From a virus (taxonomy: Duplodnaviria; Heunggongvirae; Uroviricota; Caudoviricetes), in the IMG/VR virus record IMGVR_UViG_2687453529_000003: DNA of 47,629 nucleotides; one strand, 5' to 3'. The number at the start of each line of letters is the position of its first letter. Position 1 is the stretch's first letter. This document shows positions 31,659-40,544 of the stretch, piece by piece. Made by a program: the position numbers and the translations under genes. Under the pieces are notes generated by a model that worked only from the letters and a program-made list of their open reading frames with translations, was not told the origin of the DNA and made no database searches.

Positions 31659-32708
31659 TCAAACGATTAAATCCTGAACTTCCCTGACTGTCTGCTCAAA
31701 ACGTCCGGTCTCCAGTTCAACGCCAATCGCACGACGCCCGAGCGCCAGTGCAGCTTTTACCGTTGAACCTGAGCCCATAAAAAAATCTGCAACCAGGTCA
31801 CCCGGACGACTGCTTGCGCTGATTATCTGCTGCAGCATTTCTGCCGGTTTTTCGCACGGATGTTTCCCGGGATAGAACTGCACCGGTTTATGTGTCCACA
31901 CATCCGTGTACGGCACCTGCGCCGTCACACCAAAATACCGCCGCAGATGCTTATATTCACTCTGCAGCTCCACATACTGCCGGTTCAGTGACGTATACGT
32001 ATCCACCAGCTGGTGGTGGGGCTTTTCCAGTTCACCGCGCTGATGTTTCTCTTCTGCCACCCGGGCAAACAGCGACTGTAATTTCAGATAATCGCTTTCG
32101 TTCGGTAGCTGCCACTGACTGGCACTGAACCAGTGCGACACCATGTTTTTCTTTCCTGTGGCATCTGCAATCTGTTTTGCCGTTATCCCCAGGGCCGCGC
32201 GCGCATCACGAAAGTAAGAAATCAGCGGGGCCATCACATGCTGTTTCAGTGCACTGCCCTTCGCCGCATACCCGGCATCTTTCGGACGATACGGCCCCTG
32301 ATAATGTTCCGCGAACAGAATGCGCTCTGTGGCGGGGAAATACGCCCGCAGGCTTTCCTTGTTGCATCCGTTCCAGCGTCCGGACGGCTTCGCCCAGATA
32401 ATATGGTTCAGCACACTGAAGCGTTCACGCATCATGATTTCGATATCAGATGCCAGGCGATGACCACAGAACAGGTAAAGACTTCCGACAGGTTTCAGCA
32501 CCCGCCAGAACTGCGCCAGACACTGGTCCAGCCACTTCAGGTAATCATCGTCGCCCTTCCACTGGTTATCCCAGCCCTCAGGCTTCACTTTAAAGTACGG
32601 CGGGTCCGTGACTATCAGGTCAACAGAATTTTCGGGTAACGACCGGATAAATTCCAGGCAGTCGGCGTTGATTAACTCACAACTGGATATTTTTACAGTA
32701 TTAAGCAT
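31659..32708 (-). CDS. DNA N6-adenine / N4-cytosine methyltransferase (orphan, beta-class DPPY motif)
   Basis: 349-aa ORF with DPPY catalytic motif and an AdoMet-binding FxGxG-type motif (FFMGSGS) near the C-terminus. Confidence 0.8.
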   Translation of the reverse strand: MLNTVKISSCELINADCLEFIRSLPENSVDLIVTDPPYFKVKPEGWDNQWKGDDDYLKWLDQCLAQFWRVLKPVGSLYLFCGHRLASDIEIMMRERFSVLNHIIWAKPSGRWNGCNKESLRAYFPATERILFAEHYQGPYRPKDAGYAAKGSALKQHVMAPLISYFRDARAALGITAKQIADATGKKNMVSHWFSASQWQLPNESDYLKLQSLFARVAEEKHQRGELEKPHHQLVDTYTSLNRQYVELQSEYKHLRRYFGVTAQVPYTDVWTHKPVQFYPGKHPCEKPAEMLQQIISASSRPGDLVADFFMGSGSTVKAALALGRRAIGVELETGRFEQTVREVQDLIV

Positions 32709-32800
32709 GGATCATTAAGCCTGTCTCTGATAGGCTCATTCTGCTTTTGCGCAAAGCAGTGGGCCTGAGGTTTGCTTGTGAACCCAACGCATGAGCAGAT

Positions 32801-32831
32801 GGCTGGTGGGTGCCCCTAACACCCACCAGCC
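32801..32831. repeat. perfect 12-bp inverted repeat with 7-nt loop upstream of the methyltransferase gene
   Basis: ggctggtgggtg-cccctaa-cacccaccagcc. Confidence 0.6.
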
Positions 32832-32850
32832 GCCCATTTACCACAAATAA

Positions 32851-32872
32851 AAAAGCCTTCACTGCGGAAGGC
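32851..32872 (-). terminator. rho-independent terminator overlapping the stop of the 65-aa gene
   Basis: minus strand gccttc-cgcagt-gaaggc followed by ttttttattt. Confidence 0.5.
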
Positions 32873-33056
32873 GTCTGTAACAACCGAACTGATAGTCTGC
32901 CAGACCCGCCATAACCAGCTGAGTCAGTATTAACTGGCAGCGTTCGCGTGAAAGGTAAGTATTCTGCGCTATCTCCCCGACTGTCGCCGGTTCGGTAACG
33001 CTTAATTCATTAAACACCACTCTGGCGGTTTCTGTCATATCCTGCTGTTTTAGCAT
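32859..33056 (-). CDS. hypothetical 65-aa protein, possibly winged-helix
   Basis: start placed at the internal ATG (MLKQQD...) which has an AAGGA ribosome-binding site. Confidence 0.4.
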   Translation of the reverse strand: MLKQQDMTETARVVFNELSVTEPATVGEIAQNTYLSRERCQLILTQLVMAGLADYQFGCYRRLPQ

Positions 33057-33170
33057 GTCTTTTTCCTTTTTCCGGTTAACGTGACATACCAATAACTCTT
33101 GTCGAAAAAGCCAGCAAGCTGAAAGACCCGTATTCGCAACCACCAGCGTGTTTACTGTGCTGACGCGATT

Positions 33171-33260
33171 TTGGGCATAAAAAAAACCGCCTGACGGCAG
33201 TTTTTTTTCTTACTTTGCCATCGCGTACAAAATCGGCAAAATATCAGATTTATACGAAAC
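33171..33260 (-). promoter_or_regulatory. probable late promoter / qut / tR'-like region downstream of Q
   Basis: AT-rich, promoter-like sequence followed by a weak hairpin flanked by A8 and T8 runs; position matches lambdoid PR'-tR'. Confidence 0.3.
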
Positions 33261-33269
33261 GTACGCTAT

Positions 33270-33959
33270 TTAATTGACTTTTGCAATATCTCGTCGTGAA
33301 AAAATCGCTTTTTGTTGCGCTCTTATTTTCACGGTGCAAATCACAGATTCTCTATCGAGACTCTTAAAAATATCGCACATCTCACGCCAGTAGTTCGCAT
33401 AATTATGGCTCCAGTTATCAGGCTTAACTCCACACAGTCTGGCAAGCTCCTGTCTCTGGTAGACCTCACACCCGGTAATCCATCCTCTGACATCCTGTGC
33501 CGCCAGCCAGATCAACTTCTTCACGCGCTCCTGCGTTTTCCCTGCAATTTTTCTGGTGCCGTACCGGGTTTTAAATTCATTCCACACCCACTGCGTTATC
33601 GCGATCTGATATTCCCAACAAATACTCCCGCTGTAACACCACAACAACCAGGCTTTATGATGTTCTTCAAGAGACAGAACAGCCCGCCGCCACGATGATG
33701 TCAAAAACTCAACCGGACTGACGAGAGGAATTGACGCCCCCTTCGCCAGCGATTGCTTTCCCGGGATTGGTGGATTATCCCGCGTTATCATTTTTCCAGT
33801 CACTTCATCGCGGTACCGGATTTTTTTACGCCTGTAACGCCCTGTATCAAACATGGCATTCTCCTGCCAGGCCTCAAGCTGCCCTTTTGTTGATCCACTC
33901 AAATCGGCGGTGGCAATCATGAGTTGCTCACGAACAAACTGTAAATACTGGTTATTCAT
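33270..33959 (-). CDS. putative late-gene antiterminator (Q-like, long Q82/QuuQ-type form)
   Basis: 229-aa ORF immediately after rusA and before the late region; assignment by position and size only. Confidence 0.4.
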   Translation of the reverse strand: MNNQYLQFVREQLMIATADLSGSTKGQLEAWQENAMFDTGRYRRKKIRYRDEVTGKMITRDNPPIPGKQSLAKGASIPLVSPVEFLTSSWRRAVLSLEEHHKAWLLWCYSGSICWEYQIAITQWVWNEFKTRYGTRKIAGKTQERVKKLIWLAAQDVRGWITGCEVYQRQELARLCGVKPDNWSHNYANYWREMCDIFKSLDRESVICTVKIRAQQKAIFSRRDIAKVN

Positions 33960-34315
33960 GCATACTCCAGTTCTGTGATTTTTATCCCCAACCGCCCACC
34001 AGGAACAAGCTGACCGCGCACAATATTAATTTCATCAAACTGCTCGTCGTCTATGAGCAGCCCCGCATGCGTCAGTACATCCAGTGGTGCCTTCAGGATA
34101 TTGTCCAGGTCACGACGGCGCTTATCCGGTGGCTCTGCAATAATTTCTATTGCCGGCCTTCCGGACAGGTTTAATTTCAGTTGCTGCTGGCGAACAATAA
34201 GCGCCACATCACGGCGATAACGCTCACCGACTTTTGATACAAAATATGTGCTGCCACGGCGTCGCCAGTAAGTGTTCACCGTCGGCGGGTAAGGTAAAAC
34301 CAAATCTATGAGCAT
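33956..34315 (-). CDS. rusA: RusA Holliday junction resolvase
   Basis: 119-aa ORF with the RusA catalytic region (RRRDLDN...D). Confidence 0.8.
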   Translation of the reverse strand: MLIDLVLPYPPTVNTYWRRRGSTYFVSKVGERYRRDVALIVRQQQLKLNLSGRPAIEIIAEPPDKRRRDLDNILKAPLDVLTHAGLLIDDEQFDEINIVRGQLVPGGRLGIKITELEYA

Positions 34316-34327
34316 CAGTCACCTCTT

Positions 34328-35377
34328 TTACCCAAGCACGCCAGTTGCAAAGGCGTGATCAAGAAAACGAAAAATTAAATCAACCTGAGAACCATGCTTT
34401 TCTTCGAACGCCAGAGGATTCGCATGAAACTCGTTGTGATGCTCCCGACACAGCGGTAGCGTGAAAATATCGTGAGATTTTGTCCCCATTCCGCCCTGAC
34501 CATGACCAATCAGGTGATGGGGATCGTCGGCTGGCTTACCACAACACGCACACGGCTGTGTCTTCACCCAGCGCGTGTATTTCTCGTTAACCCAGCGGCG
34601 ACGTTTAGGTCGTTTCATGAAGGATTCCGGAGACTCCGGATCAACGGCAATGCTGACCACCGTCTTTTCCTGTGGTGGATTTTGTTGCTGGTGGACGTGA
34701 AGTGGCAGCGCAATATTTTTTGTGCGCTGCTTCAGTATGCTGATGGCTGTCTGTTCTCCCGGTACGATGTCACTCTCACGGTATACGGAGCGGATTTTTT
34801 CCGCTGGTAATCCCAGCGAACGACGCGCTACTGCCTCAGGTAGTGCATCCACCACCTGATTGCAGGCCGCCCAGCAGGATAATTCAGCCAGCGATAATTC
34901 ACGCTCCTGTGTGCCATTCATTGCGTGACGAATGACGTCAATCATCCATGCTGACAGGTTTTGGTGAGCAAGTTGCTCAAGTGATTCGGAGGTCTGGTCA
35001 CGCAACTGGTTGTCGCAGTGCCAGCACAACACCATTGCGCCGGTACCATAACGGTGAATGACGGTTTCACTGTGGTGATAATCGCCGTGTGGCCACTGGC
35101 AGGATTTAACATGGCGCAGTAACCAGTCAGACAATGCGCCAGCGCCACCAGCAGCACGAATCACTCGTTCGTCGCTGAAAAATGGCAGTAATGATTTATC
35201 CTCCGCCAGCGGCTGGCGAACGGCAGGAACGACCCCGGACGGCAGATTACGCATGCTTTTCGGTTCCGGCTCCACCAGTACCCGGGTATTGTGGAATACC
35301 GGCATGGATTCACGGCCCGGCTTAACGATCACCAGCCCGAGTTCCGGTACCAGAACAGGTCGAAGTAATACCCGCAC
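34328..35377 (-). CDS. DUF968-type prophage protein with C-terminal Cys/His-rich (HNH-like) region
   Basis: C-terminal CACCGKPADDPHHLIGHG...CREHHNEFH motif; YdfU-like by memory. Confidence 0.55.
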   Translation of the reverse strand: MRVLLRPVLVPELGLVIVKPGRESMPVFHNTRVLVEPEPKSMRNLPSGVVPAVRQPLAEDKSLLPFFSDERVIRAAGGAGALSDWLLRHVKSCQWPHGDYHHSETVIHRYGTGAMVLCWHCDNQLRDQTSESLEQLAHQNLSAWMIDVIRHAMNGTQERELSLAELSCWAACNQVVDALPEAVARRSLGLPAEKIRSVYRESDIVPGEQTAISILKQRTKNIALPLHVHQQQNPPQEKTVVSIAVDPESPESFMKRPKRRRWVNEKYTRWVKTQPCACCGKPADDPHHLIGHGQGGMGTKSHDIFTLPLCREHHNEFHANPLAFEEKHGSQVDLIFRFLDHAFATGVLG

Positions 35378-35378
35378 G

Positions 35379-35657
35379 TTACCTCCAGATGCGTTGCTGG
35401 AATGTGCGGGACGGACGCGGTGGGCGTTCAGAGTAAGGAAGCCTGACGGAGATTATCCAGTGACGGTAGTCGAGGCTAAGGGCTTTTTTAACCTCGTATC
35501 CGCGCCTGCGGTAACACTGAATGAGCCATTCGGCCTGTTCTTCAGTGCATGGGGGATGCTGGTACCAGTCAGATTTGAATGCGTGAAAACACCGTCCGCG
35601 CCTGCTGGCAAAGACGGCTGAATTATCAGAATTGTGTAATTTGGTATCGTGCGCCAT
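35379..35657 (-). CDS. hypothetical 92-aa protein
   Basis: start placed at the internal ATG (MAHDTK...) because the longer ORF would run through the hok terminator. Confidence 0.4.
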   Translation of the reverse strand: MAHDTKLHNSDNSAVFASRRGRCFHAFKSDWYQHPPCTEEQAEWLIQCYRRRGYEVKKALSLDYRHWIISVRLPYSERPPRPSRTFQQRIWR

Positions 35658-35728
35658 CGGTTGTCTCTGCTGGCGCAGCAGGTGCCAGTTGTTCAGGCTG
35701 GTGTGCGAATTGTAAACCAGAATGCTAG

Positions 35729-35754
35729 GAAAAAACAAAACCCGCCGAAGCGGG
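35729..35754 (-). terminator. rho-independent terminator of the hok transcript
   Basis: minus strand cccgc-ttcg-gcggg followed by ttttgtttttt. Confidence 0.55.
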
Positions 35755-35823
35755 TTAAGTGCGGGTGCGTTGAGGATGCCTGACACATCAGAGGTGGCGA
35801 GGGATTCTCCCCCGCCTGGTCTC

Positions 35824-35979
35824 TTACTCCTCAGGTTCGTAAGCTGTGAAGACAGCGACCTCCGTCTGGCCGGTTCGGATTCGTACCTCGCAGAGGTCTT
35901 TCCTCGTTACCAGTGCCGTCACTATGACGGTTAAACAGATGACGATCAGGGCGATTAGCATCGCCTTTTGCTGCTTCAT
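35824..35979 (-). CDS. hok: Hok/Gef family type I toxin (51 aa)
   Basis: MKQQKAMLIALIVICLTVIVTALVTRKDLCEVRIRTGQTEVAVFTAYEPEE is a clear Hok/Gef-type sequence; AGGAG ribosome-binding site. Confidence 0.85.
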   Translation of the reverse strand: MKQQKAMLIALIVICLTVIVTALVTRKDLCEVRIRTGQTEVAVFTAYEPEE

Positions 35980-36238
35980 AGCCTGCTTCTCCTTGCCTTT
36001 CGGCACGTAAGAGGCTAACCTACGTGTGTAGAGCATAGATATGGCCTCAGATTAATGTTAAGCGTCTTGCAGGACGCGTAATGTTAACTGGGGCTTTTCT
36101 CTATCTGCCTTTTGGTGTTCATGCCTGAGACAGATAGCCTCAAGCACCCGCAGTCATTCTACTTAACTAAGATTTCCCCGCAAACCGTTTTTGTCCGGCA
36201 CAGTAAATATCCAACTAAACCAATGGCGTTCGCTGTAT

Positions 36239-36418
36239 TTACCGCCAGTATTCAATGCACATGACCGCCATGAACACCCCTAAAAAAAGGGCATTTATAT
36301 ATCCAAATATTAATATCAAAACATCAACTTTTTCCATATACCTTGCTGTGAAGATGATGGGCATACATGATACGAACAACCAGAACGCAACAAACAAAAA
36401 CTGCAATGCGTTTTTCAT
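36239..36418 (-). CDS. small hydrophobic protein of about 59 aa with two predicted transmembrane segments
   Basis: AGGAGG ribosome-binding site; AT-rich islet between hok and IS2. Confidence 0.45.
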   Translation of the reverse strand: MKNALQFLFVAFWLFVSCMPIIFTARYMEKVDVLILIFGYINALFLGVFMAVMCIEYWR

Positions 36419-36733
36419 TATTCCTCCTACAATCAATGTGCAATTACATTTAAACACACCTCAATTTGGCCGGATATATAAATATCTAAACCAGAAAAAA
36501 TCACTTACATAGCGTTACAAACTCTTTAGTCTAAATATTCATCGTAAAACATTCCCCATACTTATCAGCCCGTTCTGCGCCAGGTAGCTCATTGCCTTAT
36601 CTGGGAATCTGTAATCAGGTTTCCGGATGCTGGTGGATTTTCTAGACTGGCCCCCTGAATCTCCAGACAACCAATATCACTTAAATAAGTGATAGTCTTA
36701 ATACTAGTTTTTAGACTAGTCATTGGAGAGCAG

Positions 36734-37099
36734 ATGATTGATGTCTTAGGACCGGAGAAACGCAGACGGCGTACTACACAGGAAAAGATCGCTATTGTTC
36801 AGCAGAGTTTTGAACCGGGAATGACGGTCTCCCTTGTTGCCCGGCAACACGGTGTGGCAGCCAGCCAGTTATTTCTCTGGCGCAAGCAATACCAGGAGGG
36901 AAGTCTTACTGCTGTGGCCGCAGGAGAGCAGGTCGTTCCTGCCTCTGAACTTGCTGCTGCCATGAAGCAGATTAAAGAACTCCAGCGCCTGCTCGGCAAA
37001 AAAACGATGGAAAATGAACTCCTTAAAGAAGCCGTTGAATACGGGCGTGCAAAAAAGTGGATAGCGCACGCGCCCTTATTGCCCGGGGATGGGGAGTAA
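36734..37099 (+). CDS. insC: IS2 transposase OrfA (InsC)
   Basis: [41 protein letters not shown]... is IS2 InsC. Confidence 0.85.
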
Positions 37100-37962
37100 G
37101 CTTAGTCAGCCGTTGTCTCCGGGTGTCGCGTGCGCAGTTGCACGTAATTCTCAGACGAACCGATGACTGGAAAGATGGTCGCCGCAGCCGTCACTCAGAT
37201 GATACGGATGTGCTTCTCCGTATACACCATGTTATCGGAGAGCTGCCCACGTATGGTTATCGTCGGGTATGGGCGCTGCTTCGCAGACAGGCCGAACTTG
37301 ATGGTATGCCTGCGATCAATGCCAAACGTGTTTACCGGATCATGCGACAGAATGCGCTGTTGCTTGAGCGAAAAACCGCTGTACCGCCATCGAAACGGGC
37401 ACATACTGGCAAAGTGGCCGTGAAAGAAAGCAATCAACGATGGTGCTCTGACGGGTTCGAGTTCCGCTGTGATAACGGAGAAAAACTGCGAGTCACGTTC
37501 GCGCTGGACTGCTGTGACCGTGAGGCACTGCACTGGGCAGTCACTACGGGCGGCTTCGACAGTGAAACAGTACAGGACGTCATGCTGGGAGCGGTGGAAC
37601 GCCGCTTCGGCAACGAGCTTCCGGCGTCTCCAGTAGAGTGGCTGACGGATAATGGTTCATGCTACCGGGCTAATGAAACACGGCAGTTTGCCCGGATGTT
37701 GGGGCTTGAACCGAAGAACACGGCGGTGCGGAGTCCGGAGAGTAACGGCATAGCAGAGAGCTTCGTGAAAACGATAAAGCGTGACTACATCAGTATCATG
37801 CCTAAACCAGACGGGTTAACGGCAGCAAAGAACCTTGCAGAGGCGTTCGAGCATTATAACGAATGGCATCCGCATAGTGCACTGGGTTATCGCTCGCCAC
37901 GGGAATATCTGCGGCAGCAGGCCAGTAATGGGTTAAGTGATAACAGGTGTCTGGAAATATAG
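37057..37962 (+). CDS. insD: IS2 transposase OrfB (InsD, DDE integrase domain)
   Basis: 301-aa ORF overlapping insC in the -1 frame; IS2 InsD sequence. Confidence 0.85.
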
Positions 37963-37983
37963 GGGCAAATCCATTTTCGCGTT

Positions 37984-38241
37984 TTAGTTGTTCATAAAAG
38001 TGCACAGCTTTAACCAGTTCTTCTGATGTAACCGGGACTGGCGGGGCAGTGAATAAGGCCTGAATTTCATAGTTCGGCCTGTCGTTACAATCCTCTTTTT
38101 TCGGTACATATTTCCAGTCACCAGACCACTACTTCCCCTGAAAGTCCGTAACGCCTTTTTTTTCACGTAGCGATATCGCCATGCCACTGTTTTTGCTTGC
38201 CCCGCCGTTTCATGCCCTTCCTGATAATTAACCTCGCTCAT
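37984..38241 (-). CDS. hypothetical basic 85-aa protein (nin-region type)
   Basis: ORF ends 10 bp from the IS2 right end; translationally coupled (ATGA overlap) to the upstream small ORF. Confidence 0.4.
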   Translation of the reverse strand: MSEVNYQEGHETAGQAKTVAWRYRYVKKKALRTFRGSSGLVTGNMYRKKRIVTTGRTMKFRPYSLPRQSRLHQKNWLKLCTFMNN

Positions 38242-38414
38242 TCATCGCCCCACTCATCACAATATGCTTCGACCGGAGTTTTTCCTGCTTCATAATCATC
38301 ACGCCATGCTTCAGCATCAGCAGCACTGCCACCACGTAACTCTGCATAGTCCATTAACAGTTCATGCCATTCTTCAAAACTGACGTTGTATTTAGTTGAA
38401 CCAAAATCAGCCAT
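38238..38414 (-). CDS. hypothetical 58-aa acidic protein
   Basis: hand-translated ORF not in the ORF track (MADFGSTKYNVSFEEWHELL...), with ATGA overlaps to both neighbours. Confidence 0.35.
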   Translation of the reverse strand: MADFGSTKYNVSFEEWHELLMDYAELRGGSAADAEAWRDDYEAGKTPVEAYCDEWGDE

Positions 38415-38589
38415 TTTGTTCTTCCTCTTCGTCTTTTATTTCGTGATATGAGTAATTGCAGTAGTTAAAGAAAATATCTTTTGCTTCGTCATGTATTTCA
38501 TCAGGCGTCGCATCATCATCCACTTCGAATTCATCCTCGAAATCTCCACCGGCTATTCCCGTTTCAATAATTATTTTAAACTTTCGCAT
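38407..38589 (-). CDS. hypothetical 60-aa acidic protein
   Basis: ORF in a coupled three-gene cluster. Confidence 0.35.
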   Translation of the reverse strand: MRKFKIIIETGIAGGDFEDEFEVDDDATPDEIHDEAKDIFFNYCNYSYHEIKDEEEEQNG

Positions 38590-38682
38590 TTAACTACCGC
38601 CCTTTCGGGCGGCCTCCTGATGTTCTGAGGGTGCAGAAATCCCTCCGGTTAAGGATTAAATTTTTAACAGAGCTAAATTTAA

Positions 38683-39096
38683 TTATTCAGTTCTGGATTT
38701 TGTCGCCCTGCGTATCCGCGCTTTCGCGTTACGCTCAATCTGAATTAGCTTTTCTATATTTTTTCGCCTTTCCCGCTCCTCTTGACGCAAGAGCCTTACA
38801 TCATCTGCCAGTCTGGTTTCTCTTTTCGCCACAGAGAGCATCCAGTCAAATGGCTCCACAACTGCACCGCAGATTTTACAGCGGACCTGACGCTCTTTTT
38901 CGTCAACCCGGACAGAGGCGTGATGACAATATGGTCTTTCCGATGGCTCATAAAGAAAATTAACCTGATTACGAGGGTCATCCTCTTTTACCGGAAATAA
39001 AACGATATTGCTTAACTCATCCTCTGGTTTTATTTCCATGCTCCTCTCCTTTGATGCGAATGCCAGCGGTAATTGAAGCCTGATAGCTAATTTCAC
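38683..39096 (-). CDS. hypothetical protein with Cys/His zinc-finger-like motif (likely starts at internal Met, about 118 aa)
   Basis: C..HH ... CKIC motif; early or nin-region position. Confidence 0.4.
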   Translation of the reverse strand: MKLAIRLQLPLAFASKERSMEIKPEDELSNIVLFPVKEDDPRNQVNFLYEPSERPYCHHASVRVDEKERQVRCKICGAVVEPFDWMLSVAKRETRLADDVRLLRQEERERRKNIEKLIQIERNAKARIRRATKSRTE

Positions 39097-39519
39097 TCAC
39101 AGTACCGCCTCCTGAAAATTACCCTGATAGAAAGCCAGTACACGCTGCATAGCTTCACTCTTCCGGCACTCGCGACAGATTATGTTTAGGCGACTGTCGT
39201 AGCGACGTATTTCTCCGTCAGGTGATGACCAGATAAGGTCCGGATCAACCACAGCAGGTTTCTTCACCTTTGCCCTCGAGAGTTTTTTGCGGGCGTTTTG
39301 CCAGTCCTTACGCGCCTGTTCAGAGGGGAATAACCCGTAGCCGGAGTTGTATACATCGCCGCTGGCAACCAGCTCTCTGGCCAGAACGCTCATCAGATAT
39401 CTTGTTGCCCCAGTTTTAGTTTCCAGTTGTCGTAACGTCTCGCGCCCACTCTGGCGTACGAGTTCAACAACCTGCCCTTTAATTTTTTCCCGCTCTTCTT
39501 GTGTAAAAACTTTTGCCAC
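39097..39519 (-). CDS. hypothetical 140-aa protein downstream of the replication gene
   Basis: ORF directly following the replication initiator gene. Confidence 0.4.
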   Translation of the reverse strand: MAKVFTQEEREKIKGQVVELVRQSGRETLRQLETKTGATRYLMSVLARELVASGDVYNSGYGLFPSEQARKDWQNARKKLSRAKVKKPAVVDPDLIWSSPDGEIRRYDSRLNIICRECRKSEAMQRVLAFYQGNFQEAVL

Positions 39520-39559
39520 AAGCCCTCCTGAAAATTACCTCATGACCAGAAATTAACAC

Positions 39560-40537
39560 TTACCCCCTGAAGCCCGGCGGAATTTCAGTGTCCGGTTCAG
39601 AAATGTGATTCACGCAACGCTGCGCAGGCGAACGCCCCAGGCGGATAACCAGTTCATCCCATTTTTCCCGGAGTTTTGCCGGACTCATGATGTTTTTTAC
39701 CCAGAACGAATCCCGCTGGAGACGCCCAAACATTTCACAAATTTGTCTGTGAGTTCTGCCATCCAGCATCCGCATTGTGCGAACGTCATTGGCCCATGCT
39801 GTCCAGTTGGGTTCTTTCGGTCTAGTGATCTCGCCATCATAGCTGGCCGCCTGCTCGTAAAGACTCACGATTCGTCCCCAGATCCACTGTGCGCACACCA
39901 AATCTTCCTGACTTCCCCACTGGCGTTTTTTCGCACTGAACACAACCGCGTCAGGGTGTCGGGTTAAAAAATCCTGTTCAGCCGTCTGCGGGTCCGGTTG
40001 CGAAGCGTCCGGACAAGAAGATCTTTTATCTGACGGATCAGGTTTTAATACTGACGGATCGGGGTCAATCATCGCCCCCCTAATCGGCAGTTTTTTATCA
40101 ACAGTTGATCCATCAAAATTTGACGGGTCAACCGTTGAGGGGTCAATATTTGACGGGTCAACTGTTAACGGGTCATTTTTTGCCGGGCTAATTTTTCTTT
40201 TCGGTTTATATGACTCACGCGCCGCCGCCGCAGCTGCTTCGAGTTTTTCCACATTAAGTCGATAGATATTGCTTACATTACGCCCACCGACCTTACGCTC
40301 TTCCTTCGTCAGCCAGCCCTCTTTCGCCAGTTCTGCAATAGCCGATTTCACTGTGGATTCACTTCTTGCACCGATCTGACGCCGGATAGTTTCAATGGCA
40401 GGCCATGACACGCCCTCGTCATTGCTGTAGTCTGCAAGACGGGCCATAACCGCCACCCTGGATAAGATCATGCCGGTGAAGGCGCACCCTTCCCAGACAA
40501 GACCATGAAGCTTGCTGCTCATAAAACCCCCGAACAC
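39560..40537 (-). CDS. replication initiator protein (helix-turn-helix N-terminal domain, O-like) containing the origin iterons
   Basis: N-terminal helix-turn-helix region typical of phage replication initiators; a repeated DPSNIDPSTVDPSNFDGSTVD peptide is encoded by DNA iterons. Confidence 0.6.
   Translation of the reverse strand: MFGGFMSSKLHGLVWEGCAFTGMILSRVAVMARLADYSNDEGVSWPAIETIRRQIGARSESTVKSAIAELAKEGWLTKEERKVGGRNVSNIYRLNVEKLEAAAAAARESYKPKRKISPAKNDPLTVDPSNIDPSTVDPSNFDGSTVDKKLPIRGAMIDPDPSVLKPDPSDKRSSCPDASQPDPQTAEQDFLTRHPDAVVFSAKKRQWGSQEDLVCAQWIWGRIVSLYEQAASYDGEITRPKEPNWTAWANDVRTMRMLDGRTHRQICEMFGRLQRDSFWVKNIMSPAKLREKWDELVIRLGRSPAQRCVNHISEPDTEIPPGFRG
40096..40200. repeat. putative replication origin: four to five iterons of about 15 bp plus an adjacent AT-rich tract
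   Basis: repeats with core (A/G)(C/G)GGGTCA (tttgacgggtcaacc, gttgaggggtcaata, tttgacgggtcaact, gttaacgggtcattt) followed by ttttttgccgggctaatttttctttt. Confidence 0.6.
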
Positions 40538-40544
40538 CGTGCTT

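Larger units (their letters stand above)
36643..37973 (+). mobile_element. IS2 insertion sequence (IS3 family), 1331 bp, with 5-bp target-site duplication TTTTC
   Basis: IS2 terminal sequences TAGACTGGCCCCC... and ...GGGGCAAATCCA; TTTTC direct repeat at 36638-36642 and 37974-37978; InsC and InsD ORFs inside. Confidence 0.9.

Noticed and set aside
35980-36036. Upstream in-frame extension of the hok ORF (70-aa form), possibly a mok-like frame
   Set aside because: The Hok sequence begins at the internal MKQQKAM with its own AGGAG ribosome-binding site; the extension is in the same frame and is probably not a separate mok gene, though a true mok frame and Sok RNA were not resolved.
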